Assembly: GCF_963921235.1 (NCBI RefSeq)
Contig: NC_086097.1
Span: 133,054,001 to 133,118,000 of the forward strand
Reading direction: 5' to 3'
Source: Mobula hypostoma
Lineage: Eukaryota
Length of the DNA stretch: 64,000 nt
Within the stretch, counting starts at the first letter, position 1. Each line of letters starts with the position of its first letter. The notes under the pieces are model-generated. The model ran no database searches, was not told the origin of the DNA, and worked only from the letters and a program-made list of their open reading frames with translations. The translations under genes were made by a program, and so were the position numbers. Below are positions 61,151-64,000 of this stretch, in pieces.

Positions 61151-64000
61151 AATCTGGTAAAGATCTGGCTGATCTTTATGTTGTTATATTTTGGTGTATT
61201 TGGCCATGACAGTGTGAGTTTTCTGACTGTTCTATGCTAAATCTGCAGCCAATGAATGGGAAATCTGTGTGACTGACTCACTGAGTGTAATGTACCAGTT
61301 CAAAGCATATTCAAATATTGCAGCCAAAAGATAAGTGTGTATTGAAGCTATAATAGGGTTTGAGATGTGTTTTTGTCAATCTTAAGAACCACTGCCTTAC
61401 AAGCTCAGTGCTGCACAATCTACTGGAGGAACTCGGGGTTAACCTACAACCGGGATTAATGGAATTTTGAACATTTTGTGTTGAAGCTCTGCATCAGGAC
61501 TAGGGACACTCTAGGACCACGTAACCCAGGGATGGGTCGACAGGAATTGTCGGGCAATGAAATTTGTTTGTATTCTTTTTTTGCCAAAGTGAATATCACT
61601 GTACTTGTTTTCAAGTTACAATATGGTTTCCATTTTTGTAGCATGAAATGGCCATACAAAGCTTGAAGTGTAGTTGTTGTACTCTAGGAAATCTTGAAAT
61701 TTTTGTACAACAAGATTCCACAACAAAATTGTGGCAGTGGTTGTTTATCTGTTTTAAAGCATGGCTGATGGATAGGTAGTGACTGCCATATATGAGAGGT
61801 ATTCCTATTTAAAATAGAGTCCATTCACTCTTATCTGCTGTCATTCTCTCCTCTCCCCACCTTCTATAACCCCACCCCCTTCCATTGGCCAGAAGATACA
61901 AAAGTTTGAGAAAACATGCCACCTAGCTCAAGAACAACTAAGTTCAAAGTCAATTTATTAAAGCACATGTGTGTCACCATATACATCCCTGAAGTTAATT
62001 TTCTTGCAGGCATTCACAGTAAGTACAAAGAAAAAAAAGAATCAGTTTTAAAAACTGCACCAAACGCAGAAGCAACCAATGTGCAAAATACAAACAAAAT
62101 ACAAAAAGAGAAAAAGATAATAAATATCAAGATAGTCCTTGAAAGTGAATCCATAAGTTCTCACTGTTAAGCAACTCTTGAACAGATCTATTGTACGTTG
62201 AAGATTAGCTTTTGAATTGTCAATGTACTTCATTTTGGCCCTTGCAATGTCTCTACCTGCACTGTACTTTGTAAATGTAACGCCTTTTATAATACACTCT
62301 GTTATTGCTTTTCCCTTGTGCTGATTGAACTGGTATTCTGAAATGTACTGTCTAGATAGCACTCATTTAGACAGTACTCAAATAGGATTTCATAGTACCT
62401 TGTGTCAATAAATAGCTAACAATTCCCATGATAGGATGCCTTGAAGTTGGGAAGATTTACAGTCGCGTTTTTGGAAGTCTGATAGTGACATGGGTTGCAT
62501 TCCTTGACCGACCTCTTAACCCTGAATGAATTAATTGACAATCAGTACCCTGGAATAAACAGGCCAGTTACTGGTCCTCCTGTTAGTGTACTGACAGCCA
62601 TCTGACAAATTTCACGCTGTCCTTCTGAATATTGCACCACTCCCCCAGCATTACTCAGCCATATCTGTGCTACAGCCTGCGGTTTGCAACAAATAACACT
62701 AACGTCACATCCAGCCCACTTCTCACTGCGGTGCAGTGTTGGCATTAGTGAGTCAGGTAGATCTATGAATAAGTCGAGTCTGGTTATAAAAGGAACATTT
62801 GTTTTGTATTTGGCTGCAGAATGTGCCATCTCCAAGGCTGGTATTCATTGTCCACTTCTGATTTTCCCTTGAACTGCTGAGTGGCTCATTTTTTTTCCAA
62901 GTCTAAGTTTATTGTCACTGAAAAGCTTGCAGCAGCATCACAGACACATGGCATTAGATAGATGCACAACATTCACAAGAAAACATGTATAAGAAAGAAC
63001 AAACCAGTCCACTGAAATACAAAGTGGTTATAGTGTTACTATAACGAGGTAGTGAGTGGAATTATGCAGGTTGGTTTAAGAATCAGATGGTCAAAGGTAG
63101 TTGTTTTTGAACCTGTTGGCATGGAATTTCAGGTTTCTATATTTCTTGTCCAATGGTAGCTACAAGAAGATGGCATGGTCTAGATATTGGGGATCCTTGA
63201 TGGATGTTGCTGCCCTGGGGCAGTGCCTCATGTAGATACTACCGATGTAGGAGATGGTGAGGGAGCCACAATTAATGCTGCCCAGTTTAATGGAGTGTAA
63301 TAGCAGATAGCCTTCTCATTGGTGACAGTTGTTTCATGGCTACTACATACTAAAGTTCTAATTTGTCTTTGGGCCATTACTAACATAAAAATTAGTACTA
63401 AACCCATAACCATTAGCATCATAACCCCCAAGAAGTGTTTTATTGTTAGATTCTTTAACTTGTAGGGAAAAAGTCTGCAGGTTACACAGTATAACAATGG
63501 ACTGTATGGCTCACTGATCATCACATAGCCAATAATATTAAGCCCATTTTGTGCCTTGCTTCACCATTAATTCCCCACCAGTTCTTCTACCACTCAACAA
63601 CAGCTGAGACAATTTACAGCAGTGTATTAACCCATCAACCATTTCTTTGGTGTGTTTGCGGAAATCCACACAGTCATAGGAAGAATATATGTACTCCAAG
63701 CTGTAACCTTCAAAGTCAAGATTGAACCTGGGTCTCTGGAAGTGAGAGGCAGCAACATTAACCACTCTGCCACTGTTCTGCTCCAGCAGATTTCATGTGT
63801 CTTTTTTTTAATATAGCAACCACGAGACTTTCACAACCTCTGGGCATCTCAAGGTGCTTCATAACTGATTGCAGGCTTAAAGTGCAGCTGCTTTCTGCAC
63901 AGCAAGCTGCTGGAGAATTGGCCAGCTGCTGAGGTTTGCCAAGGCTGAGGGATGCGTGAATGTTGACAGATATCCCTCCACCATCAACCATCCCCACTTG

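Noticed and set aside
1..64000. CRISPR arrays, rRNA or prokaryotic operons
   Set aside because: None seen; the sequence is eukaryotic and repeat-rich.

Overview
Repeat-dominated vertebrate DNA. The repeat mix (CR1 LINEs, Penelope-like elements, Rex1/Babar-type LINE fragments, HE1-like and Deu-like SINEs) points to a cartilaginous fish, probably a ray; this is inferred from family recognition, not a search. No intact protein-coding gene or intact transposon is visible. The window holds five long decayed CR1 copies, Penelope GIY-YIG fragments, a deleted hAT element, hAT and mariner MITEs, two solo LTRs with exact 4-bp TSDs, and a rearranged chromoviral Ty3/gypsy relic. A CpG-rich promoter-like region at about 44.6-45.5 kb probably starts a + strand gene (candidate exons 45261-45472 and 56076-56193) that I cannot name. 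The most notable signals are: (1) many minimal hammerhead-ribozyme motifs in Penelope-derived termini, with stem I covariation and a recurring variant core; (2) palindromic mini-elements whose centre is that ribozyme; (3) two overlapping reading frames open across both candidate exons; (4) a gag-protease segment antisense to its flanking LTRs. Repeat boundaries without a stated TSD are approximate.
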